DNA of 63,365 bases, filler included, from Licmophora abbreviata (lineage: Eukaryota), in assembly GCA_900291995.1 (NCBI GenBank). It is 7 parts of 7 records of this genome, joined end to end, with 100 filler letters (N's around TTAATTAATTAA, not from the genome) between each part and the next. Parts side by side here need not be neighbours in the genome. Positions count along the whole stretch, not along the records: positions 1 to 17,006 come from OLMU01000607.1; positions 17,107 to 25,123 come from OLMU01000609.1; 5 more parts are not named here. One strand, 5' to 3'. Below the pieces are notes generated by a model, which saw only the letters and a program-made list of their open reading frames with translations, was not told the origin of the DNA and did not search any database. Positions 11,434 through 21,495 of the stretch are shown here, in pieces. Within the stretch, counting starts at the first letter, position 1. Every line of letters begins with the position of its first letter. The position numbers and the translations under genes were made by a program.

Positions 11434-12956
11434 ATGTGGAAATTCGCACTTCCGCGGGTCGTCGGTGGTCCACATCAGCAGCCCCATGGTCCTCCTCCTT
11501 CCAGTCGTTTCTACGCCTTCCGCGGGTCCACCGGCAGCATACAAACACTATCGCAAGCTAGCAGTGCTTTGTTTTCTTCTTCGTTGTCGTCGTCGTCGTC
11601 AGGCTCGCGAATTATTCGGTCGCGACATGCGTCTTTTCTCTTTGCCATGGCGACCGTCGCAATGGTTCACCAGCCTCATCTAATAACTCTGGCCGAAGCG
11701 GCTACCGTCGCCAAGCCCATGGAGCCTGAGGAGCCGGAGCATGATACGTTTCCGCAACAGTGTCCCGTCCACGGATGCTCGCTCCTACCACAGGATATTT
11801 TCTATGACACGAAAGTCAGAGAGGCACTCGAAAGAATCCGACCCTACTCGCGGCTTGAGATTCAAACCTCTGACGATCCACAGATTCGGCAAGCGCTTGA
11901 GGTACTTGAATCATCTGGAAACCATGAGACTGCTACTTTGACCTTGATTGGGTATAAAGGAGGAGCTGTCGATAAGCAAATCAACCAAGACCGAGCTCTT
12001 GTCGTGTCACCCTTTCGGTACGATAGCCTCAGCAATAGTTCAAAAGAAGCATCCGATAGTCACCACGACGTTCCAGGATCGCCGGGTGCGAACGAGACGC
12101 GGAGCACGACTGCACGCATCGTTTGTGTATTCGATGGACATGCACAGTACGGTGAAAAGGTGTCGCAATACGCCGTAACTCAGCTTCCCAAAATGTTGGC
12201 CAGCAGATTTTCCAATGAGGACGCGTCGCTGTCTCCCCCTGATGTCCAGCAAGCTTTGATCGAAACGTTTGTAGAGCTGGACAAGACGGCTCCAGCAGAG
12301 GTCTCAGGCGGTTGCACCGCCAGTGTAGTGTTGCAGCTGGGGCGCAAAGTGTACGTGGCCAACGCGGGCGACTCGCGTTCGTTCCTTGTCGTCTATCACA
12401 AGCACACCAAGCAAGCATCTGTTGCATACATCAGCCGAGAGGACAAGCCCAATCTAGCGGACGAAAGGGCTCGAGTAGAAAAGATGGGTGGACAGGTTTA
12501 CGAGCCGAGGCTGCCGGGCTACACATCAAGAGTACTTTATGTCGACCCTCTGACAGGAGGACAAAGCGGCCTAGCCATGAGCCGAAGCATTGGCGATTGG
12601 GAAGTGGAAAGTTCGGGGTGATACCAGATCCAATTGTCGGTGTGATTGATATCCCAGAGCTGGTTCGAGCAAGGGTGGACCAAACTCGCAACAGTGGCAG
12701 TGCCGACAAAGAGGATGATGTACACATCTTTGCGGTGAGTGCGACGGATGGCATGATGGATTACGTCGAAGCAGAGACAATTGCGGAGATCTTGTCCGAA
12801 AGTTTGTTCGAAGAGAGTGGGTCGCATCCATTGACGGCATGCGAGCGTCTAGTTTCCATGGCTGCCACCGGATGGCAGTCGGCAAAGCAAGGACGGTATC
12901 GTGATGACATTGCGATTGCAGTTAGCAAGATAAGGACACCGCCTCATGTATCATGA
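11434..12956 (+). CDS. PP2C/PPM phosphatase 1 (apparent 1-nt frameshift near 12606; start uncertain, frame open from 11170)
   Basis: NQDR, VFDGH, GCTA, ANAGDS, LAMSRSIGD in one frame; GVIPDP, SATDGMMD, RDDIAI in the adjacent frame. Confidence 0.85.
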
Positions 12957-13289
12957 AGATATCGAGGCAGAGTTATAATGGCGATCTCTACACATACTCT
13001 TTCCTTGAAGGTAGAGCTCAGTGATCATTGCAGCGTGTACGATTATCAGGGCAATAGAACTCTTAGAGTAAAACGTTCCAGCCATAATGTAGCCAGGGTT
13101 GATTGCAAGCGGTATATTACCGCGGCGCCGCGCGCGCGGCGACGATGCACCACAGAGAAAATTGGAGGACGCAACCGGAACAATTCAATCGCATTGTCCA
13201 TTGTCCACCCTCGCGTCCCTCGTTGCGGCAATCACACTGCTGTTGTCTGCTGCTTGATCTAGGCGACATTTCAGAATATTCTCCCGCGA

Positions 13290-14585
13290 ATGATGAGTTT
13301 AATGGCTCGTCGGCGCACCTCCCATCAGGTGCCCATCCGACGAATTGGGCCCGTGTCCCTTGTTGGGGCCTTCCTGGCGAGGTTTGTACTCTCGAAGGAA
13401 AGCCCAACGATCTGCACTGCCGCTGGATGTCTGCTCTTACCGCGAGACGTCGCGTTCGATACTGCTGCTCGTAAGGCGCTTCAGAAGATTCGTCGGCACC
13501 ATCGTCGCAACATGGATGGCGCTCGAACGGAACGACTGGATGACTACAAGGCGGCGCTCAATGAACTTGAATCATGCAGTGACGACCAGAAGCTGACTTT
13601 GACAATGGTGGGGTACAAGGGTGGGGCCATGAATCAACAAATCAACCAGGATCGGGCCTTGGTCATGTCACCCTTTCGAATACAGGCCGTCGATGCTGGC
13701 CAGGAAGACGGCCTCAAACCTGGAGAAACGCTTGATGCGCAGCTTGTCGGAGTCTTTGACGGTCACGGTGATCGAGGAGAAGAAGTGTCAGAATACACTG
13801 TGCGAGAACTTCCGAAGCTGCTCGCGGCCAAGCTAGAGCACCTACCCGAGCTCTCTGATAAGTTCATTCGGCTCGCGCTGAACGAGACGTTCATCGAGAT
13901 CGATCAATCGATACCGACCAAGGGCGTCGGAGGATGTACAGCGTCCGTCGTGTTGCGATTAGGAAGCAAGCTTTACGTGGCCAACGCGGGCGATAGCGTC
14001 TCGTTGGTCGCTGTCTGTGCACACAACCAAACGCACGTTACGTACGTGACGAGAGAAGACAAACCAGACTTACCTGACGAACGAAAGCGGATTGAGGCTA
14101 TGGGCGGAGAGGTGTACATTCCGCAGAGTGAAGAGGAAGACTCCCCTCGTGTCATGTCGGTCAACCGTTGGGGGGTCGAATCTGGCCTTGCAATGAGTCG
14201 AAGTATTGGTGATTGGGAGAGTACAGGGGTGATCGCCGAGCCCTTGGTTGACGTATTGGATCTACGCGAGCTAGTCCAGAACTCAGAAAACCATAGCGAC
14301 ACGATATGCAAGACAGAAGAAAAGACATGCGCTGCCCCTTCAATAGATGAGGACATCCGCATTGTTGCGATCTCAGCAACAGATGGACTTATGGACTATC
14401 TTCAACCCACCGAACTTGCCGATGCTCTTGCATGTGCGTTTTCAGGCGGTGACGGGGGCCCTCACCCCCTGACAATCGCCGAGGATCTCATTCTACAGGC
14501 CGCAAAGGGTTGGAACGAAGAAATGGAGGGGACGTACAGGGACGATATTGTCTTGGCCGCCGCAGTTATTAAATTAGACTCATAA
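13290..14585 (+). CDS. PP2C/PPM phosphatase 2
   Basis: NQDR, GVFDGHG, GCTA, ANAGDS, LAMSRSIGD, SATDGLMD, RDDI. Confidence 0.9.
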   Translation: MMSLMARRRTSHQVPIRRIGPVSLVGAFLARFVLSKESPTICTAAGCLLLPRDVAFDTAARKALQKIRRHHRRNMDGARTERLDDYKAALNELESCSDDQKLTLTMVGYKGGAMNQQINQDRALVMSPFRIQAVDAGQEDGLKPGETLDAQLVGVFDGHGDRGEEVSEYTVRELPKLLAAKLEHLPELSDKFIRLALNETFIEIDQSIPTKGVGGCTASVVLRLGSKLYVANAGDSVSLVAVCAHNQTHVTYVTREDKPDLPDERKRIEAMGGEVYIPQSEEEDSPRVMSVNRWGVESGLAMSRSIGDWESTGVIAEPLVDVLDLRELVQNSENHSDTICKTEEKTCAAPSIDEDIRIVAISATDGLMDYLQPTELADALACAFSGGDGGPHPLTIAEDLILQAAKGWNEEMEGTYRDDIVLAAAVIKLDS

Positions 14586-14612
14586 CAAAATGACAAGAAG
14601 AATCGTTTCTAG

Positions 14613-16016
14613 TTAGAACAGTTTACGGACCGCAATGGTGATGTCGTCTCTATAGGGAGATCCGTCGGCTATCCAACGCTTGGAGGACTGCATAATAAGC
14701 TGCTCGCATGCTTCCAGCGGGGATACGATGGAGCCGTCCTTTTTGTACAAGCTTCGTGCCACGTGTTGCGCGACGTCTACCGGTGCAACATGATCCCAAA
14801 GTCCATCACTTGCTGCGATGGCAAACAGATTCTTACCCCGCCAGATCTGCAGGTCCAGTGTGTCGACGGTCGGGTTTACAATCACACCGAGCGATGAGGC
14901 CCCAACGTCACCGAGGCTGCGACTCATGGCCAACGCCATGAAATTGATGCCATCGTCTGCCGGAATAAGGACTCGGCTTGTTGTATCATGCTCCGACATC
15001 TCGGAAGCAAGAAGGACCTTACCTCCCAGAGATTCTATCCGCTTGCGTTCTTCAGGCAAGTGGGGTTTGTGGGGCGTTGTCTGAAATATGACCTCGACTC
15101 TTTGTGTGGACGGATCATATGACACAACAATCGCCAAGCTATCTCCCGTGTTGGCAATGTACAGCTTTTCATTGCGTCGATACAGCACAATGGCAGTAGT
15201 CCCACCCTGTCCGACATGTGACGGCAAATCACGCTCAACTTCCAGGAAGGTGTCGGTGATAGCCTTTTCGACAGTCATTGATTGCCCCATTAATCTAGAA
15301 GGCAATCGTTTCGGTAATTCCAGAGCTGCAAAATGGGATGCGACATGTCCACGCTCGCCATGGCCATCCAACAGCGCCATGATAAAGTCGTTACCCGACA
15401 GCTGCAGTAAGAAGGACCTATCTTGATTCATGGTGGTGGTTGCGGATGCTGCGGTCTTGAATCCACACCGCGTCAGAAGAGCATAGTCCGATGGCGATTC
15501 GAATCCTTTCGTGAGAACGGGCGGGGCCAACGCTATGTCGCTCTCCGCAAGAGCGCCATCCGATATCAATCGTATCATTGCAGAATCAGCTTCGTCCATC
15601 TCGATATGGTTTTTCAAGTCAAGCATCGGAAAGTGTAAGATAGCGTCGCTACTTTCCTTGGACGGGAGATCAGTGAGGGGGAATCGATACGAACCAGTCA
15701 ACGTGACTAATCCATACTCTTTCGGCTCGCCATCAGTCTTCCATCCCGTCCAGAGTGGTAGAAGCGTCGGACCTTGCAAACGTTGCGAAGTTTTGGACGC
15801 TCGCAATGGAGAAATACTGTCTGTAGAAAACTTCTGTCCACTCGTCACCTGATTTTGATGATGTGATGGAAGAGAAATTCGACTCGTCATCACAAGATAT
15901 AGACTCCCTACTCCCAGTACTATTGTAGCGTACGATGCCAGTCGCCTCCCAGTCCACGCACGCCTGTGGTGTGACTGCTGTAGACTAGCGATCGTATGTC
16001 TTGCCGGCACAGTCAT
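14613..16016 (-). CDS. PP2C/PPM phosphatase 3 with N-terminal membrane anchor
   Basis: NQDR, LDGHG, GTTA, ANTGDS, HKP, LAMSRSLGD, ASDGLWD, RDDITI; hydrophobic LASYATIVLGVGSLYLVM near the N-terminus. Confidence 0.9.
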   Translation of the reverse strand: MTVPARHTIASLQQSHHRRAWTGRRLASYATIVLGVGSLYLVMTSRISLPSHHQNQVTSGQKFSTDSISPLRASKTSQRLQGPTLLPLWTGWKTDGEPKEYGLVTLTGSYRFPLTDLPSKESSDAILHFPMLDLKNHIEMDEADSAMIRLISDGALAESDIALAPPVLTKGFESPSDYALLTRCGFKTAASATTTMNQDRSFLLQLSGNDFIMALLDGHGERGHVASHFAALELPKRLPSRLMGQSMTVEKAITDTFLEVERDLPSHVGQGGTTAIVLYRRNEKLYIANTGDSLAIVVSYDPSTQRVEVIFQTTPHKPHLPEERKRIESLGGKVLLASEMSEHDTTSRVLIPADDGINFMALAMSRSLGDVGASSLGVIVNPTVDTLDLQIWRGKNLFAIAASDGLWDHVAPVDVAQHVARSLYKKDGSIVSPLEACEQLIMQSSKRWIADGSPYRDDITIAVRKLF

Positions 16017-16701
16017 CGTGGTGTTGAAATTTCACACAAGTTATCCCGTCGTCAGAATTGCACTTTGTGTCGTCCAATTTCTTCACTGCAGTCAATGCAA
16101 ATGTTCGACAGCGCTATTGGGGCTGAAATTAGCTTCCCCTCGCAGTAGATGTAGCAGTATCGCCGCCGATAGAAGAGGACGGTCGCTGCACAGCTTCAAG
16201 CTGCGATGATGATCACGTTGAAAGTATGATTGTTCTCAATGATAGCGCTTGTAGCTGCATGAGCGCGAGCGGCGACGCGCGTGGCGCCGGGTGAGGCACG
16301 AACTACGCCACATCGAAAATGGAGTTCAATTCAGGCCTCATAGGGACTGTTCTGCGCACTTGATCGTACGGGTTGTCGAAGCTTGTGAACGGAGATCCTA
16401 ACCTGAGGATGAGGCGAGGGGCGATTGGATTTTTTGAAGGTGTGGCACTGGTTAGCTCCTTGATAGTGTCGACCGGCGGCTAGCTAGACCTCCGGCATCG
16501 TTCGTCCGGCGATAACAGCTAATAGGGACATTCAAGGGAGTTCAAATTCAATGTTCTATACTGCTTTATGGTCTACTTCTCTTCGGTTGGGTACGGGTAT
16601 CATTTCCGAATGAGGTATTTTATACAATCCCGTATATTCCCAGCTGATGGATAGGTCTGAAATGGTGTTACAATGCGCCTGCTTGCAATCGATGGCTTCA
16701 A

Positions 16702-17006
16702 TCATGCGTTCTCGGGGTCCTCTTCGAGCGAAGTGTCCGAATCCTGGTGGCTGTTCATGGTTGGACTAACGGTCGAGGGATGCTCTCCCACAGCGACGAG
16801 GACAGTTTCGTCCCCTTTGGAGTCCGCTGTTGGCGTTGATACGTGTCTCCTGAAGACAAGACCAGGATGACCCTTGATGAAGATGAAGAGACTCAGGACG
16901 GAAGAGGCGACGATGAGGAATCCCATGATCAGAAAGGCCGATTTGGCAGACAATTGTCGAAAGCACAGAGAGAAAGCCACAGCTCCGGTGTTGCCACCGG
17001 CGCCAA
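16702..17006 (-). CDS. NRT2: High-affinity nitrate transporter NRT2, C-terminal fragment (rest in gap)
   Basis: GAGGNTGAVAFSLCFRQL...AFLIMG...LFIFIKGH matches the NNP-family GAGGNxG motif and the last transmembrane helix. Confidence 0.8.
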
Positions 17007-17106
17007 NNNNNNNNNNNNNNNNNNNNNNNNNNNNNNNNNNNNNNNNNNNNTTAATTAATTAANNNNNNNNNNNNNNNNNNNNNNNNNNNNNNNNNNNNNN
17101 NNNNNN
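17007..17106. other. Assembly spacer N44-TTAATTAATTAA-N44
   Basis: Identical 100-nt block also at 25124-25223, 41232-41331, 43851-43950, 50857-50956 and 59832-59931; the 12-mer has stops in all six frames. Confidence 0.97.
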
Positions 17107-17874
17107 AAGCACTTTCTTCCTTTATGGGAGCAAAAGCATCTCCCTCTAGCGGAAAGAGTAGCAGAAAAAAGAGACGGTCGCCCCGTCCGGCAATCGAGGC
17201 AGAATCGCAAGCTGAGATCTAGGGCTACGCTGCCAGTAAGGCACACATTGAGACGAATCGAGAAGCAATGTTGCAAATAATGTAAATTTCAATATGATGG
17301 GCGCCGGGTTAAGTCTTGTTACCGTTTCTGTGACAGCGTCGACCAGTCTCAACTGGAATGATATCCAATCGAGGCATGTAGACGAAACCTCGCCGTATGA
17401 TTTCAGATAACTTGCTGAGTTGGAGTAGACGAAGCTGGCGAATAGCTTCACGCTTAGCCTCTTTCGCCCTTCCGATCAATGGCGTTCGTGAATGTGCAGT
17501 TTTGGTGGCGTGCGAAGCTGGCCCCTAGCTAGCTCACGACTGTAACAAGCATTCTACAACTATAAGTTTGACCACTCTCTCTTTACTTCCTGTTTTCCCT
17601 AAATGAACACTATTGTAAGCGTTCGCTCAAGCGCCAGAATATTCTTTTGGCCTGTAGGCAGAGCAAAAATCGTGTTTCCTATCTAGTGCATCTTCGACGC
17701 GAAAAACAGTCCAATAGTGTGGGACGACGAGTCGAAGCCACGATTCCTGAACATAAACAATATGCTCCTTCAGTTTCGCGGCACAATCTCTTTCCGTCCC
17801 ATCATCATCATCCCTCAAAGTGTACTATCCGAGTCTCCCATCTTTTGCAATGTATGCAAAGTATAGTAGTTGCA

Positions 17875-18248
17875 CTACGCCGCCGCCACTCGCTCCAGTC
17901 CCTCAAACTGTATAATGGAATTTCCCCTCAACACTATCGTCCCAAGCTGTTCTTCCTGGTCTGATGACATGTTCGTAGTGGCTTCCTCCAAGACGACATT
18001 CAAAAAGGCATCGTACCCCCGCAAGGTGCCTTGGACGACCCGATTGCCATTCAAGCAAAACTTCAAACGTTTGTCCTATGAATATATGCAGAATTCGATC
18101 AAGAGAGAGAGGAATGAAATTGAGTTTGGAAATTTCCCACGCACGAGACTCTCAAAAACAACAGACCTCTACAAGAACGAATGGATGAACAGTCGAGACG
18201 TACCATGAAACGCTTGAGGTCAGGTCCCTTCTGAAATTTAGGCGCCAT
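17875..18248 (-). CDS. SNRPG: Small nuclear ribonucleoprotein SmG; exons 18248-18204, 18075-17875
   Basis: MAPKFQKGPDLKRFM|DKRLKFCLNGNRVVQGTLRGYDAFLNVVLEE...GTIVLRGNSII (Sm1 and Sm2 motifs). Confidence 0.92.
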
Positions 18249-18582
18249 GCTTGTGGTAACTGAAGCTTGCCTCGCTTTGTGTTCTTGCAGTTATTATTAC
18301 AATAGTAAGAAATCCACACACTCCCGATGATATACGACTATAGCAAGCAAGTAAGAAGAGTGATCGTTACTCCTAAGTCTGAAACAAAGCCACGACGACG
18401 ACGACTTGAGTCTCTGATGAAGACCTCTTTGTGATGAATGTGAACATCCGCCATCGCAAACAATGTGCGGCTGTCACGACAGCTTGGACGTCTCGCGGGC
18501 AGACCGCCGTGAACGCCAGGATACGCGACGACAGCACACCAAACACGACGACCCCTGTGTGTGTTTGCTTGCTGCATGCACC

Positions 18583-21015
18583 ATGGCGCCAAAGCCTTCC
18601 GAAGACGCGAACGGCAACGATGAATACAGTCACGCACGGAAGCTAGTACTACGTGCGACGCAACGCGAAGCTCTGTTGGGCCGTCAGACGGACGAAGGCG
18701 TCAGCAGCACATCGATTCTCGGAGCCGACTTTTCGAAACTTCCCTTGAAAGCCGATCACATTTCGCGACCCTGTTGGACCTGTCCGGACGGCCGCATCTA
18801 TTTGGAAGCCTTTCATGAACTGTATCCCTCTGCTTACGATTTCTTGGTGGCCATTGCAGAACCCGTCGCGCGTCCCGAGTTCCTCCACGAGTACAAACTG
18901 ACTCCGTACTCGCTCTACGCAGCCGTCGCGACCAACATTCCGACGGAACGCATTCTGGAGGTACTCGAGAAGCTTAGCAAGAACAAGCTCCCCAAGAGTG
19001 TTCGAAGGTTCATCACGGACTGCACATCCAAGTATGGAAAGGCGAAATTAGTCTTGCAGCAGAATCGATTCCACGTCGAGAGTGAATTCCCGCATGTCCT
19101 GCGCGAACTGCTACGGGATGCTACCATTGCGCAAGCACGAGTCGTGGAAGACGTTACGACCAGTGTTGCTACAAATAAGCAGGTAGATGAACATGGGTTC
19201 ATCGTGTCAGGGAAGGCAGAAGAAATGAAAGAAAACTTGCAAGTCTTTCAAGAAGACGAAGAGGATGAGGAGGACGACGACGAAGAAGGCGGACGTGCCA
19301 AACCCAAGACAGTCGTGAGCTTTCAGATTCGAGCGGATGCCGTCGAAGCGGTAAAGCGCCAAGCAATCGAATTAGACTATCCTCTCATGGAAGAGTATGA
19401 CTTTCGCAATGACACTGTCAATCCCAATGTGCCCCGAATGGATCTCAAGCCACACACGCGGATTCGACGGTATCAAGAACGATCGCTGGCGAAAATGTTT
19501 GGAAACGGGCGCTCGCGGTCTGGTATCATCGTCTTGCCGTGTGGTGCTGGCAAGACCTTGACGGGCGTCACTGCAGCTCAGACCATCAAGAAGTCCGTGG
19601 TGTGTCTTTGTACCAACGCTGTGAGTGTATTGCAGTGGAAGTATCAATTTCAGCTGTGGACCAATCTTCCGGACGATCGTATTAGCGTCTTCACGTCGGA
19701 CCGCAAAGATCCGATTCATCCGGAAGCATGCGTATTAATAACAACGTACACAATGGTTTCGTTCAGTGGTAAGCGCAGTGACAAGTCCAAAGAGATTATG
19801 GACATCATTACGGGCCGCGAGTGGGGATTGCTTCTCATGGACGAAGTACATGTCGTGCCTGCGAAGATGTTTCGCCGTGTCGTTGGAGCGGTCAAGGCTC
19901 ACACCCGTTTGGGTCTGACAGCTACGCTTGTACGAGAAGATGATCTCATCTCCGATTTGAACTTTCTCATTGGCCCCAAACTGTACGAGGCGAACTGGAT
20001 GGACCTCACTGCGCAAGGGTATCTGGCGAACGTGCAATGCGTCGAAGTTTGGTGTCCCATGACGGGTCCCTTTATGAAGGAATACCTGATGGCGTCGAAT
20101 GCTCGACTCAAGCAGCTGTTGTACGTCATGAACCCTAGCAAGCTTCGAGCCGTCGAGTTTCTCGTTCGATTCCATGAGGAACGAGGAGACAAGATTATCG
20201 TATTTTCCGACTTGGTTTACAGCTTGAAAATGTACGCTCAAATGCTCAAGAAACCGCTTATCTACGGCGAGACACCCGAACGCGAGCGACAGGTGGTCCT
20301 TGGACTCTTTCGCACTAGCGAGTAAGTAAAAGTTATCTTTGACACGTGTGCATGGTGTCTCCTCTGCTCAGGGCTCATCATTGGTTGCGCTTTCATTGTT
20401 CGTCATCGCTCCTGTAGTGCCGTTCGGACTATCTGCATCAGCAAAGTGGGCGATACGTCGATTGATCTACCCGAAGCAAATGTCATTATCCAGGTTTCAT
20501 CGCATTTCGGATCACGAAGGCAGGAAGCCCAGCGCTTGGGGCGTATTCTACGACCAAAGTCCAACACGCAACAGGATGGCACCAACCGCTCGTCCTTCAA
20601 CGCGTTCTTCTATACATTGGTGAGCTCCGACACCCAAGAGATGTTCTATTCCGCAAAGCGTCAGCAGTATCTGATCGATCAAGGCTATACGTTCAAGATC
20701 GTGACGAACCTATGCGAAAAGGCGGACGAAGAAGCCAAGATACACAACTACACCTACTCGACTCCCGAAGATGATCGGAAGTTGCTACGCACGGTTCTCA
20801 CTAGCGAAACAGACCTAGAGAAAGAGCAGCGTGCGGAAGACAGCGCTATTCGAAAAAATAACGCCGACGGAGCTGCCTTAGCCGACGCTGGCGTCAAGCG
20901 AAATGCTGGCGTGTCCATGTCCTCGCTCAGCGGCGGTACCGGCATGCGATACCGCGAAATATCGTCAGGTCCAACCAAGCGCCATCCTCTTTTTCAGAAG
21001 CGTATGCGTCGCTAA
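18583..21015 (+). CDS. ERCC3: TFIIH helicase XPB; exons 18583-20321, 20418-21015
   Basis: SGIIVLPCGAGKTL, DEVH, LGLTATLVREDD, SKVGDTSIDLPEANV, RRQEAQRLGRILR. Confidence 0.97.
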
Positions 21016-21495
21016 GCTACTAAACTTACCTGTAGGCTCAGTTTATGCTCAGTTTGTGTATGCTTACTGTTACTGTGCACTAACGGCGACTTGAAGCATT
21101 GCAGGGGCACCTTACTGTATCATACGACAGGGGTGCTCTTAGAGCTCTCGAGTGCGTTCACGACATTATAGACCGCGCTAAGGCACTATCGAGACGAGAA
21201 AGCTCGTTGGGATCGCAGAGTCGGGATTGCATTTCATCTTCTCGGCAGCGCTCACTAAGTATTTTCACACGCCTTTACTGTCCCGTTGAAGCTTCCCCTC
21301 CGAAACGCGTAGGACTCCATCAGCCAAAACCAAAACGACGATGGGAAAAGAACACGGCGTACACCATAGTAGTAGACTCGGCGTCAGTCAATACGAGCGT
21401 ACGGCTGAATCCTGGAGTTCCGAAACGCTCAACGATACTTACAATTGTGTACACAAAGTAATAGCTGCTTCTATTTACCAGGGGGTGGTCGTTTG

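Noticed and set aside
16320..16552. Two GGAGTTCAA(A)TTCA B-box-like motifs (possible tRNA or SINE)
   Set aside because: I could not build a cloverleaf or find matching acceptor stems.
17051..17062. TTAATTAATTAA palindrome recurring six times
   Set aside because: Always centred in identical N-runs; an artificial six-frame-stop scaffold linker, not a biological repeat or transposon target site.
21021..21110. ACTTACCTG resembling the U1 snRNA 5' end
   Set aside because: No U1 loop I (GATCAC), no ATTGCAC loop and no Sm site at the expected spacing.
21255..21300. GCCTTTAC resembling U5 snRNA loop 1
   Set aside because: One T short of the invariant GCCTTTTAC, with only a ~3-bp closing stem.
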